From assembly GCA_000934665.2 (NCBI GenBank), contig KZ538224.1, positions 124,001-188,000 on the forward strand: a DNA stretch of 64,000 bases. Direction: 5' to 3'. The notes under the pieces are model-generated. The model did no database searches. It was given only the letters and a program-made list of their open reading frames with translations, and had not been told where the DNA came from. Within the stretch, counting starts at the first letter, position 1, and the number at the start of each line of letters is the position of its first letter. Position numbers and translations under genes: made by a program. This document shows, one piece after another, positions 38,669-50,812 of the stretch. The DNA comes from Catajapyx aquilonaris. Taxonomy: Eukaryota.

Positions 38669-41600
38669 ATATTAAAATCGCAGTGGGCATGTTTGTGCAA
38701 GTCCTTTGATTGGTCCGCCTCATATTGTTGCAGCGATGCATCCCATTGGCCCATGGCACCATGGGTGTGTAAGCAGCGCCTCTGGTGGGTGGGAAGGGGA
38801 ACTATTCATTCGATATCTGTCGACAGAAGGGTCTACTTCGCTCCCTCCTTGCCTCCCTCCCTTCCTGTTTCGCACCTAAGTTGATCAGTTGACAAAACTG
38901 TCAGGTTGTTGACAGTCAGTAAACAGTTCGTTCTTGGGACTTCTGGGCGCGTTTTGATAACCGGGCTGTTTGAAGGCCACAGCGATTAACAATAGGACCT
39001 CCACCACCGTAAGCCGCAGTCCTAGAAAAAAGCGATAGTAGCGGTTCCCCCCCCCCCCCTATTTTTATATATAATAATGATAGCGTGTGTGAAGTAAGTT
39101 TTTGAATTCGCGGGGTTTCCTTTCTTCTCCGCCTAGCTGATATTACAGCTGAAGGACAGGCGAAAGTGTCACACAGGGAATCACTTGTAACATCCCTTCG
39201 TATTTCCCCAGCTCCAAATCTCCATGGAACTGTACGGGGTGTTGTTACAATCGAGGCGGAAACCCTCTCAGTGTGCGGGTGCACGAACTCAATCCTGTCC
39301 TGCCGACTACTCGAACAGTTGTTTTTTTTCTAGTTCTCCCGGAGAATCCCCGCGGAGAACACCCGGAAGACGCATGTCCTCACCGGATACTTTCCCCCGG
39401 AAATTATTATTTTTTTGGACCTGTAAAAGTATGAAAAAATTTTTAAGTCTAGTTCTCGAGAGAACGTCACGTGTATGACGTACGAGGACACATTTTTTTC
39501 CTTCTTCTGTATTTTCTGACCGGAGAAAAGAAGCTTGTTAGGAAAGTGCACGGAGGCTGAAACGTTAGACGGCAGAGGATTCATTTACTCGTTTCTTGAA
39601 ACGTGCTCCAACTTGGTATTGTCACGCTTGCCATTCGAAAAGGGCGACAGCGACTTCTTCTGCTAGACACGAACAGCTCACTTTGCGAGAGCAACCATTT
39701 TTTTTATCTCTCTCTCCCTCTCTGCACTTCCCAACGCTGAGGGAAAATTCCGTGCGAAAAGTTTTCGCCGAGCAACAAACAGGTCTGTTGAACCAAGATG
39801 TTTGTGATTAGCATCTTCCAAAAACTAATTAGCAGCTGATTTCTTCTCCCTCCAGCCAGCCAGCCAACCTCTCTCTTTCTCTCTGAAAAAGTAAAGCTCT
39901 TGGAATTTCAACACCGAGCAAAAATGTTTGTTGGGAGAGAAGCCAGGAAGGCAAAAAAAGGGACAGAAAGAAAAAGTTGCAAAAATTTATTCGGCGAGTT
40001 ATTCGTACAGCAAATTATCTGACGTGAGAGACAAACGGGCCTTTCACATGCAAAGGAAGTGTATCGACGGACCAATTGAAAGTGTTCGTGACGATTTTCT
40101 TCCTTCCCTCCCCTAATACGGAACAAGACTCTCTTTGCAACATCCTTCTTTTCTAGCTTGACCTTGTTTTTTTTAAAAAAAATCTATTGGCTGGATGAAA
40201 ATCTTTTGTGCTGTAAATAATGTATGGCACGCTTGCCGACAGTGCTGTTACGACGGCTATAAATTATGATCGCATTTTTTTCGTGTCGTCTTAAATCATT
40301 GAGTGAGAGTACTCAAACCGCACTTTAAAATTTAAGTGATAACTATACTTACATAGAGATAAATTGCTCCTAGATAGTGTGTTGCGGTTGGCGCATTCTT
40401 TTCCGAGTTTTTCGCTCAAAACTATGAAACATTTAGCAGTCATCAAAAATATCGGCGACTAATGTAACATTCTGTAAGCAGAACTTTAAATTGGCTAAAA
40501 ATTGAGTAAATTTTACCGATGTTAATAGCTTCGCAGAATGTCTATTTGGCCTGATGTCAGTAACATGCTTTTCATAACTGCTATTATGCGAAAGTAATGT
40601 TAAATGTAAGCATGGCAATTTGAATATAACTGTAAACGCCTCGATTAGATGACGCTGTATAGAGTATAGCAACAACAATTGGTAGTTTTACTGTTTCAGC
40701 TGGAAAGCGATTGAAACCCAATAATTGCGGTTTTGCAATATTGTTTGAATATGTTGTGCAAAAAGCTCCAAAAGAAATATCTGATAATGAAAGCGCTAAA
40801 CAAATTATTTTAAAAATTATCCAGCATTAAAATTGATTCGCATGTTTTCGTTGTTTACGAGTATGATTAGGTAAATATATTTTGTCATGTTAATCCCAGT
40901 CTCGCTTTTCGGGAAATTCATTGTTGCTCGTCACATATTTATATACTGGTATGAAGGACTTTGTGTTTTTTTCCGTCATTATATGGTATGTGTTAATTTA
41001 CGAGTAATCATGAATATACGTAGATAAGGAACGGGGATATGAAAATGCAAAATTGAAGAACTTTATTAAAACTTATTTTGGTTATTAACAATTAAACACA
41101 TCCTACTTCACCTGAAACTAATTGTAAGTTAATTGCCCAGTTTCTCCAACATTTCAGCTGGTGGATAAGCGCTTACCGGTGTTTTAACTCCTATTTTAAC
41201 AAAGTTAAACGGCGGTTATCTCTTAACCGTCCGCTTAAAAGGCTTTCTATTTGACTTCCTGTTCATATTTTGCGACATTTGAACACACGTGAATGTTTCG
41301 TAGTACAGGTACCCTACTCTGACAAAATAATGCAAAATAATATTGTTGAAGGAGACTGACAGTTTGTGCAAAATCTTCCGCTGAGACGACTATTGCCAAA
41401 CCCACCTTCAGGTGTATACCCCCCCCCCCCCCCCACCCTTTAAACCCCATCATTTGCCCAAATTGGATGATCATCGCACACCGCACGCATGTAGTGCATA
41501 ACGACGCTCACATCTGGCTGCAGGATTATCCTCCTCACTCTTTTTTCCCTAGCCAAATACGCTTATGATAATAATTGGAGTTAGACGTTAATGTACCAGA

Positions 41601-42012
41601 CCCCCCCTCCCCCCACCCCGTCACCTCCCCACGTAATTGCCACAATTAACCACACCAACGCGCAGGTACAGCTTGAAAAATTTCCTGCCGGATGATTATT
41701 GGGATTTGGTTTTTCATCGCACTGATAAGCGGCCTGGACGGCTCTACAGGGTGTTCCGCAACTTTACCGACAAATGGTTGCATTCAGGTGAAACTGAGGG
41801 TCACTTTATGTAGAGTCGATATTTGGTGTCTGCAAACGAGTTATCGAGGTAATTGGATCAACTCAAGTTACGGAGACAATCTCCAATTACGTTTCATGAA
41901 TCGTGCAAAAAGTGCGCACTTCTTAGATTTAGGCTTCTGCAAAATTCAGAGCAGAAATTGCTCTCTAGTTGGTTTTGCCTTGCTCGGTTGGAGATAACGC
42001 CTGGTTATGGTT

Positions 42013-42121
42013 TGTACTTATATCGCTCAAAAAGATAGAGACGATTGGCATTTGATTCAAGTGCAAGTTGCACTTGAGTCAAATGCAAAATCGTCTCTAT
42101 CTTTTTGGGCGATATAGTACA
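42013..42121. repeat. near-perfect spacerless palindrome (about 54-bp arms), probable TIR-only MITE
   Basis: TATATCGCTCAAAAAGATAGAGACGATTGGCATTTGATTCAAGTGCAA-G-TTGCACTTGAGTCAAATGCAAAATCGTCTCTATCTTTTTGGGCGATATA; TA at the ends. Confidence 0.9.
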
Positions 42122-45100
42122 CTAGGTGATAGGGGTCATCCTGCTGGTTATGCCACTCATAACATTCACAAGCCATCATCTCCATAATTAAACCCAACAG
42201 CCACAATCAACTGCTAGAACCATTTCATCTTTAAAAAATCGCTACGGGAATTTTTCGCCTTATGTAACACGAAGTTTTCCCTTGTGTGGATGCAACCGTT
42301 GGATGTCCCGATTAGTTGGTAGGGTAGGGTTAAGCCGAGTGTTTTCTCACGCACGGGGGTTTTTTCCCCCCATGTGGGGGCCCATCCCCGTTTCATAACT
42401 CACGTGACGTGAATAACGCCTTCAGGAAGTCTGTTGTCATCGTTACATATTAATTGATCGCGGCTTTTATTCACGCTTGGGGGTTTTATTAGCACCCGAA
42501 CTCTTTGTATTCGTGTAACAGGCTTTGTCATGGTATCCCCCATTGAATGTAAGTTCGTGCAGCGGTATGGTTAAGTAAATTGCAGGCCGCCCCGCTTTTC
42601 GCCGCTCTAATGAAATTAATGCCGTTTAGGCTAACGAGCCACCCTGTTTTGACACTTTAAAACTCCATTAGCACTTTTTTTTGGTGGAGGTGAAGGGAGA
42701 TATTGGGGCGGTCCCGTGTTTTTAATAGCCGATGCGCCGTTTCTTGCAGGCGTCTCATTTTCTGATGCTTTTATGCACTGTTTGTGTGTACAGTGCGCAA
42801 CTAAGGCCATTGTTGTTGAAGCTTGTGGCGTCTGCACATTAGCTGCATTGTTGCGGTGCTTATTAACTACTAGAAGAGTTTCCTGAGCTATGGTGGAGGA
42901 TATTTCCGTCAGAGTGACACCAATTAATTTTTAAAATACATTATGCATTATCATGCAACATATACATGGCACGTGGGAGACATACGGTTAATTGGCTGTA
43001 ATTCACTTTTGACAACATGCGTGCAGAGAGGAAAATAATGAGATGTCATTGAGAATTAAATTTTTTTCTTTGTTTTTGTAGACAATTTCAGCTGTTATTT
43101 TTGACGCCCGCTGTACTGTAACCTTGTTCCATTGCAGTGCAATATTACATGCAATAAACCTGCCATACCACGGAGGAACGGAAAAGAGTCCTTCCATGAA
43201 TCTCGACGAAATCTGATGTACTATTACCTGTAAACTACACGCACGAGGGCCAGCTTCTCGGGACGCGAGGTTTTAAATCCTATCAGACTTTCTGCAGAAA
43301 AATTACATCTTTACTGCTCACTTACAGTACATCTGCATTGTAATAATTTAATTAATTGCACGTCATACGTGCAAGTTTTAGTCTCATGTATTACTTCTAT
43401 GATAAACTTCGTAATTTTTTTATTGCAGAGTAATTGTTTAAAACAGTCGTGACTGCAAGTAGCAGCAAAATATCTCCGTGAATGTAGATACAACTACTGG
43501 GAAATAACTACAAAGTAGTGAGAATATTGAGCATGACATGTGCGATTTGTGGGCCGAAGTGTACACTTTGAATATGCGTATTATGGTGATAAATATTATA
43601 ATATTTTAAAAACACGTCAAAAGAATGTTTGACAATAATTCAGATTTATAGCATGGTTTAAAATAATATAATATTATATTATATTGGATAGATTTTCTTC
43701 TCCACTTGCAAATTAATGGAAATTTCTGCTTATGTATTCGCCATCTGGTTTAATCGGAGATTTTTTCCCTTAATTTGCGTTCGTACAACCGGTCCTTAGT
43801 CGACATGTTGTTAGGAAATATTCATCATGACATTCCATTAACCCTGCATAAATAGGCCCAGAAGCCTCCTGGTAACAGCATTTGGATGTAAACAGGCATC
43901 AAAATAGTGCACAGAGATATAGAAACATACGTGCAACAATCCTTCCTCGAGCCCCTCCCCCACCACCAAAAAAGCTGTCCTTTTTTGACAATTAAACATT
44001 AACATGAAGCTGTTCTGCACAATTTCCGGACATGTTTTTCCAGCTGACGGTTTTATTTTCAGAGTGTACTGCTGTACTCTCAACAGTACGTGTTGCGTTG
44101 CACTTCACGCGAAGGGGTATATCACCACGGGTTCTGGCAACTTTATAGCAGGGGGCACTAGCTAAAAGGATATGGCCGCTATTAATTTCCAGATTGTAGA
44201 GTTGCGTTTTGGAATCGGAGGAAATTGAGCCGTGCAAAAGGGGACGTCTGAAGAATGTCACGAAATAAAATATATATATATATTTTTAAAGCGTCAACCA
44301 CTCCCCAGCAATAGTGAATATTTGCATGTGCCAATTAATTAGCCGGATTAATGGTTTTTGCCTGAATTATGAAATAAACTTGTTTGTTAGGCAAGCAATG
44401 GGAGAGGATGGGGCGTGGATAATCTGCAATTCCAAATCGAATTACATTACATTTTAATGGATATAAATAAACGATCGCTCAGGATTTGCCTTCGAATCCC
44501 GCGGGAACTGTAACATGCACAGTATAAAACCAAACAGTTTATGACATCACAAATATTTTGCACTATCAGTAGTTTCGAACAAAATGTACTAATGAGTATG
44601 CGCGTCCTCTCACGAACAAAAATAAGTGATTTAGAGGCCAGAAACACACACACACCCAGCCTGAATAACCCCTGGCGCAGAACGAAATTACTTTTTACGT
44701 CCTCGTCATCAGACAAAACAAAATGGACTTTTTGATGAAGCGCCGCATTAACCCGGACAGAATGGCATGGAAATATGAGGACGGGTGTAAAAAGAGTGTA
44801 TCTTTTCTCCCCTCCTCCTCCTCAGCCTTTTTCTCTCTTTTTTTCATGTCTCTTCCTCCTTACCTTTGTGAGAGAGTCTGGAAGCGTCTGAGATGGGAGT
44901 AGACTTCATCTTCCGTAATGGAATCTGCTGGATCTGTAACAAGAAGAGGTGGGGAGGGAAAAGGTGGAGGGGGGGGGGGACTAATTTCTCTCTCGGCTGC
45001 CGGTGGTGCTCTATGGGAGGCTGACACGCATCTCTTAGAAAGCTGCTTGGGGGTCACTTCTAATGGACCACTGACTCGACGGGTCCTCCTCTCCTTCAAA

Positions 45101-45208
45101 TCATTGCACTTTGGACCATCCAAGATACATGGCGAGGCTTACACGCTGCAAACCAAAGTACTGAATAATTCAGACCACACCAAATGAATCTGGGAGATGT
45201 TGAGTTCA

Positions 45209-45390
45209 TCTACTGTAGAATTGGCTCGAGTTTGTGCCTCTGTTTGTCCAGGGTGAGCTAGATCGCCACTCGCGCCGAAAAATATCCAAGGGACTGCTAT
45301 GTCCAGTCGTGTACCACTACCTCTCGCATGACCCTGAGAGTGGCAATATTGTACAAGGATACGCCATTCCCGTGAGGGATCTGGTACTTC
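45209..45390 (+). mobile_element. family H copy (5' end intact)
   Basis: A|TC-TACTG-TAGAATTGGCTCGAG...GTACCACTACCTCTCGCATGACCCTGAGAGTGGCA. Confidence 0.78.
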
Positions 45391-45420
45391 TTGTCAAAAC
45401 TTGGCTCTCGTGGTTTTATA

Positions 45421-45715
45421 TATGAATTTTTAAATGAACGCAACCGAGTGCGCACCACACTTCACGCAGCGTGCACGGTTGGCATTATCAATGATAGTTG
45501 ATGAGTGGATGTACTGCGCTGCACTTATTTCCAATGCTACGCTCGGAGGGGAAAACAAAATGGCTGACGTTTGCGATGTTGCCAAAGCTTTGGAACTAGC
45601 CTCAGAGGTTACGGATGCGAATAATTTTTTGGCCCCTGGGGAGTCACTCTGGCAACGTTGTTGGAGCTGCGTGAGTGTGGATGCGCACTTGAAAGTTGCG
45701 CTCGTGAAAAAATTC
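45421..45715 (+). mobile_element. TIR MITE family C (about 295 bp, imperfect TIRs of about 50 bp)
   Basis: GAATTTTTAAATGAACGCAACCGAGTGCGCACCACACTTCACGCAGC versus GCTGCGTGAGTGTGGATGCGCACTTGAAAGTTGCGCTCGTGAAAAAATTC; second copy at 17283. Confidence 0.8.
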
Positions 45716-47569
45716 CGGCTATAGTACATTGAAACCGGAATGTTACCAAGCCAACTTTTGCTGTCATGTACAGTGATAGTGAGCTTGTTTTTTTAGTGTG
45801 TTAACCAGATATATATTATTTTTTTCGGGGGGGTTGTTCAGTGGGGGGGTTTCCTCTTTTCTGGGCGAAATGAGCTAGTGCCACTTGCCTGTCCGAAATG
45901 CCTGGCTGCATGCGAATTACCAGGGCCACACCTACCTCCTGACAAGTCTGACACTATCATTTTCCGCTAGCTTCTGCTCTCGTGGAGAGAGGGAGAGAAA
46001 AAGGGGTTGTGGAGAAATAAGGGGGGGGGGGTAAGGGAGGGGGAAAAAAGAGAGAGGGAAAGAGAAGAGTAGGCGCAACACTTGCAAATTAATTTCGAGC
46101 AAGCGCTGTATCTGCCTCTGACGCCGTCTTATCCGTCACGCGAGCGACAACCTTCCGTTCACATTATTATTTGCTGGCAACGTCTCTTCCATTTGCATTA
46201 TTGCACGCACACAAGAGAAGCGATAGGGAGGAATCAACAATGGGGGACCCTGGTTTGCTTCCGATCGCCTTTTGTTGCAATTAGACAGTGCTATCTGTCA
46301 CGAAAACTGACTGTTGTGCTTTTCCAAAATGGGTGGTGCAAAATAATGGCCCAATTTGTGATGAGTTTTGTCGAGCATTGTCTTCAGCTTTTCCTGTGGC
46401 TTGAAAAGCTAAATGTGGAGACCTGTTAAATTTCGTGTCAAATGTTAGGAGTTTCATCTCCAGTACATGCCATTTAATTGCAAAAAAAGAGAGAAAAATC
46501 TTCCATTGTGTGCTGTGGCCATTTCACGGAAAATATTTACTCCTTGATTTACATTCTTGCAACAATGCCGTTTTTCGCATATTTTATTTAAAAGGCTTCT
46601 AATCGCTTCTAATGCTTTAGTACACAAAAGCAACCTTTCCAAACAGTCATGCCCTTTTTTTGTACATTACACTACAGTCATGTCAATAAGTTTACAAAAA
46701 ATGTTGGAAAAATATATCATATTACAAAATACAGTATTATATGTAATGCATTTCATCATCGCAATAATAAGAACTAATACCTAATAATTAACCACTAAAA
46801 TAATAACTGTATTATCATGAACATTATTGTAACTCTTATAATAATTATAATTTAGCATTCTAATAATAGCATTGTTGTTGTTGTTGTTAAAGCAGCGCCT
46901 GTGTTAATCTGAGTGTTTTTTTTATTATTATTTCAGTTGTTCCTCCTAGAGAGACGTTCCTACAATCTGGTTTACAACTCAAACTCGTAAGTAAACTGCG
47001 CTCTTGTATCATACCATATTATTTTACAAATCGATACGAGCCAAGCATGGTTTGTATTTTTTGGGAGGCCATATTTACTGATAAGTAATCCAGCGAGCTC
47101 CTATTAAACGCTTTATTCGAGCGGTTGATGCAAGGTTGAGTGGAGAGAGGGGCTTTTTCCGAAGGGCCGAAAAAATGACATGCTTATCGCAGCGATAACG
47201 CTAGTCGTTCTATCTGTAGCAGGCGATATGACGAGCCCCATAAGCACTCGTCATCGATGTCGCTGGGGAAAAAAACTGAAATATTCCGCCCCCTTTTCAT
47301 GGGTTAAAAAAAAAATCTGCTGGTGGACACGACCCGCGATTCCGGACGTCAATTTGGCCGAAAATCTGCACATGTTCTGTACCGTACTGAGCCCAAACTG
47401 CCTCCAGCCAATGTCCTAAAACGTCTAATTCCATCGGTTGGGATATGTGTTATGTCACAGTTGAACCAGGGTGAAGCGGACATTCGGAGTTGTCCGTGTC
47501 ATGCTTGTAATTACCATGTGCTGCGCTTGTTCTGGGTGGTCCAACATTGCTTTAAAAATTACGCAGTTT

Positions 47570-48870
47570 TCTAATTAACAATAAAGAAATTCGGTTATTA
47601 TTACAGCCGAAATTATTGAAAGGTTAGCATACCTTATTAATAAACTTAAATGTGGCAACGACGCAGCCTCTTAAGTCAATTCACGTGGAATAGCTATTCT
47701 GCAACAGCTGTTTTTTATGAACTGATAGTGATGATTTTGCAGTAAAGAAGTTATCGCGGCTATAACTGTCCTATTAAACTGCTACGAAACATGGTAACTG
47801 CGTACTCCCAGTACAATAACTGTTTAGTACAATAACTCTTGAAATCAGTAATGTAACTGAGACCAAGTAGTGTTAAACTTCCGAATGAAAATAATAATTA
47901 TTGTTAATAAACTGATACCATGTCAACGCAATAGGCTAGCCCATCATTATTTTGCAATCACTCGCAGTACGTTTAAGGATAAAACAGAGAAGTGATGGAC
48001 AGGACAAACGCATATCTTTCTAACTTAATTTAATGGTAAATTATTGTGTCTGATAACTCTTACTATGGTACAATAACTGTTATTATTACCGAAGCAGTAG
48101 TGGTTGGTGGAGTGGATATGGTGTCCGACTGCTAATCGGGAGGTCCTGGGTTCGAATCCCGGAGACCGGCGATCCTGACCTTGGTTTTCTGTGGTTTCCC
48201 AAGGTCGCTCCAGGAAAGATTTCCGGGATCGTACCGTAAAATAGGCCACAGCCGCTTTCTTCCTTTCCCTGCCCTGGAGGAGGTGAGGGTCAGTGGGGGT
48301 TTCTGACTCGCATCTAGGGGTAATCTTGTGGTGAACGGGCCCCCTGAGGGACTGATGCACACGACCCCCAACTTGATGACATTGCACATGCACCAGCGTC
48401 CCCCCCCCCCCNCCCCCTCCTATCCCTACCCTGTCCCTGCACGATAGTGGTAATCCACTCCCCTAAGAGAGCCTATGGCTCTAGCACGGGGTATATCCCG
48501 GTGTATCTATATAAAAATAAAATAAAATAACTGTTATTAAAGGAAATAACCGATATCAGGGCACAAGATCTGCTGTCAAGTAAAATAGTATCTACTGTAG
48601 TAGCTACTAAATTATTTGTCAAGTAACAACTGTTGCAATGACACTCGCTGCAAGGGTATAATAGCAGTTATTAAGCCAAAAATAACTGTTACTCTGGGTT
48701 ATGGAACTGCTATCAAACAAACTGCCCGTTGCTATGGTATACAATGACAGTTATTAAATCAAATAACCGCTACCAGGGCGCAACATATGTTATCAAGTAA
48801 AATAGCTATAGTGCAATAACAGTTATTTATTAGAATAACTGTTTTTAAATAAATCGATAAAATAACTGCT
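47570..48870. repeat. degenerate AT-rich tandem array (AATAACTGTTATTA-like unit, about 19-20 bp), interrupted by the SINE
   Basis: Many ATAACTG/CAGTTATT variants; higher-order duplication 48533-48588 versus 48750-48806. Confidence 0.6.
48086..48525 (+). mobile_element. full-length tRNA-derived SINE (about 440 bp)
   Basis: Pol III A box TGGTGGAGTGG (48105-48115), B box GGTTCGAATCC (48149-48159), body GGTTTTCTGTGGTTTCCC...AGGCCACAGCCGC resembling arthropod SINE central domains, (AAAAT)n tail, 14-bp TSD AATAACTGTTATTA at 48072-48085 and 48526-48539. Confidence 0.9.
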
Positions 48871-49479
48871 GCTGAAGCGGTGAGGACACAATTTATTGAA
48901 GGCACCCTCCCCCTTTCCTGTAACTAGACCAGGAACTAAACCGCGACCGAAATAATTTTTTTGGCATGCTAAGTGCAGTACAAGGCATGCATTTTTGCAC
49001 TTGAAGGGCGCATGCTCGGCACCGCACGCCAGTGGTGCACCCTCGAAACGGCCGCATGGAATGCTCCTTGTCAGTGGAGGATCTAACGAATGGGGTTTAA
49101 CGGGGAGCTTCTAAAGCAGAAAATTGGAGGGTGGGAGTCTGTGGCCTGAATTGGCTGGTTAATGCTGGATCAATACCCGAAATTTCTCACTCTTTGAATG
49201 GCAAAAAGGGTGGGTGGGTTGGTTGGTTGGTGGGGGGGAAAGGTAGGTGCGGGGTGTGGGGGTGGGTAATGGAAATTCGGTGGTGGGGGGGCCTCCTCCT
49301 CCTCCTCCTCCCCTGGACAACCCAACACAGCACCACCCCACCTTCACTCCTCCATATCCTATTCCCGCTGATCGGGCAATTCACTGCCAGCCATGATCGA
49401 TGGGCTTTCACAGTTGCGAATTACCTGCATATGCTCTACACACACGCACATACTACTCAGCACTACGTCCCCTAGTGGA

Positions 49480-49700
49480 AAATTAGCATAACTCCTTATT
49501 CATAGCCTCTATCAGCTATTAATAGCAGCTACTGATTAAGTTAGCATAACTACTTATATGTATGAAACCCATGAAATTAATGGCGGCTACTGATGAAATT
49601 AGCATAACTGATGAATCATAGCCACTAACATTAGTAGCTATTAATTCCCCGCTACTTGTGAAGATAACGGCTACTAGCAATTTCAGCGTAACTGATAAAT
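49480..49700 (+). repeat. degenerate tandem repeat, period about 58 bp
   Basis: TTAGCATAACT at about 49483, 49541 and 49599; recurring GCTACT motif. Confidence 0.65.
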
Positions 49701-50305
49701 TTACCTGGTGGCCGGGTGTGTCTAAGGGCAGCTAAGAAATCATTGAAGTTTCAGTAAACTGTTGGGTTTTCCACTTGTATTGGGCCAAGGAATGTCCTGG
49801 AGGTAGATTTACCTGGAATTGTGACTCACTCTCTTCGTATGTGCCTACTAAACTTAATGAGTGTGATAAATTTCGTTGTGGCCACAACCGTAGCTGGTGG
49901 ATACAGGAATTTTCACACACACACTCAATCGGGAAACTTTTCCCTGACGGATCAGATTAGAATGAAATGCTGTGCTTGGCCGCACTTTTAATGCTCCCCC
50001 CCTCAGTTGGGGTTCGGCATTGTGCTCGATGCCCAGGTCCATTAGCACTTACTGGAAGGGGGGGTGTCATTTGGAGGGGAGGGGGTGCTAACTGTGGTGG
50101 GTGCGGTTTTGAGCAGGGGGGTGAGACGTAAAGGTGGGCGCGTGTAACAATGGTTTTGGGGACAACTGAGATTAACTACTCGGCTGCGTGACACGCAGGG
50201 CAGCCACTGGAGTACACCTGTTGGGGAATCCATGGAAGGAATCTATATGAATCTACAGAAATCCTTAGACATAAATTACGTGTACATTAATTCCATATTA
50301 TGCAC

Positions 50306-50692
50306 AAAATTGGCTAGGCGTGACTCTGTCCCTACACGCTTTGACTCAGGAGCATAAACTTACCATAGTTATCACTTTCCCCGTTCAATACTGACATGGC
50401 ACAACAGGTTCTCTCTCTATAGTAGCAAGAGCTAATAACTTAGCTCTTGATAGTAGTCAGAGGGGTTGGGACAAACTTCAACGGAGGCGAGAAGTGATGG
50501 TTATAGCACCCAGGTGGGCTTTGACCGCGAGTTGACTCATCACCAACGTGCATGTAGTACGAATTTCCCCCTGAGAGCGGCAGTCGTGTGCAGAGAGGGT
50601 GATGTGCCCCACCTGGTAGTGACATATCGTACTACATTCAGGTAAGGGCGAGCCTGTCAGTGTTGCAACGTTTTGGCAATGGGTTCACTCTC
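50306..50692 (+). mobile_element. family H copy with internal insertion (about 50345-50520)
   Basis: AATTGGCTAGGCG 5' end; CATCACCAACGTGCATGTAGTAC...CCACCTGGTAGT...TTTTGGCAATGGGTTCACTCTCGT matches the 2149 copy. Confidence 0.75.
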
Positions 50693-50711
50693 GTAATTTT
50701 CGAAATGACTT

Positions 50712-50812
50712 CAGTCTGTGCCTCTGTTTGCCTGGGGTCACTCGGCTAGGTGCATGTATAGTACCACTACTCGCACGGCCCTGAGAGTGGCAGTAGTGTT
50801 CAGAGAGGGAGG
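50712..50812 (+). mobile_element. family H fragment in tandem with the previous copy
   Basis: GTCTGTGCCTCTGTTTG...TAGTACCACTACTCGCACGGCCCTGAGAGTGGCAGTAGTGT.CAGAGAGGGAGGA. Confidence 0.78.

Noticed and set aside
48100..48170. tRNA gene (GCT anticodon-like)
   Set aside because: The acceptor stem pairs poorly, there is no Ser-type long variable arm, and it continues into a SINE body, tail and TSD.
26160..49700. CRISPR-like interpretation of the short periodic repeats
   Set aside because: The units are degenerate and contiguous without unique spacers, the context is eukaryotic, and there are no cas genes.
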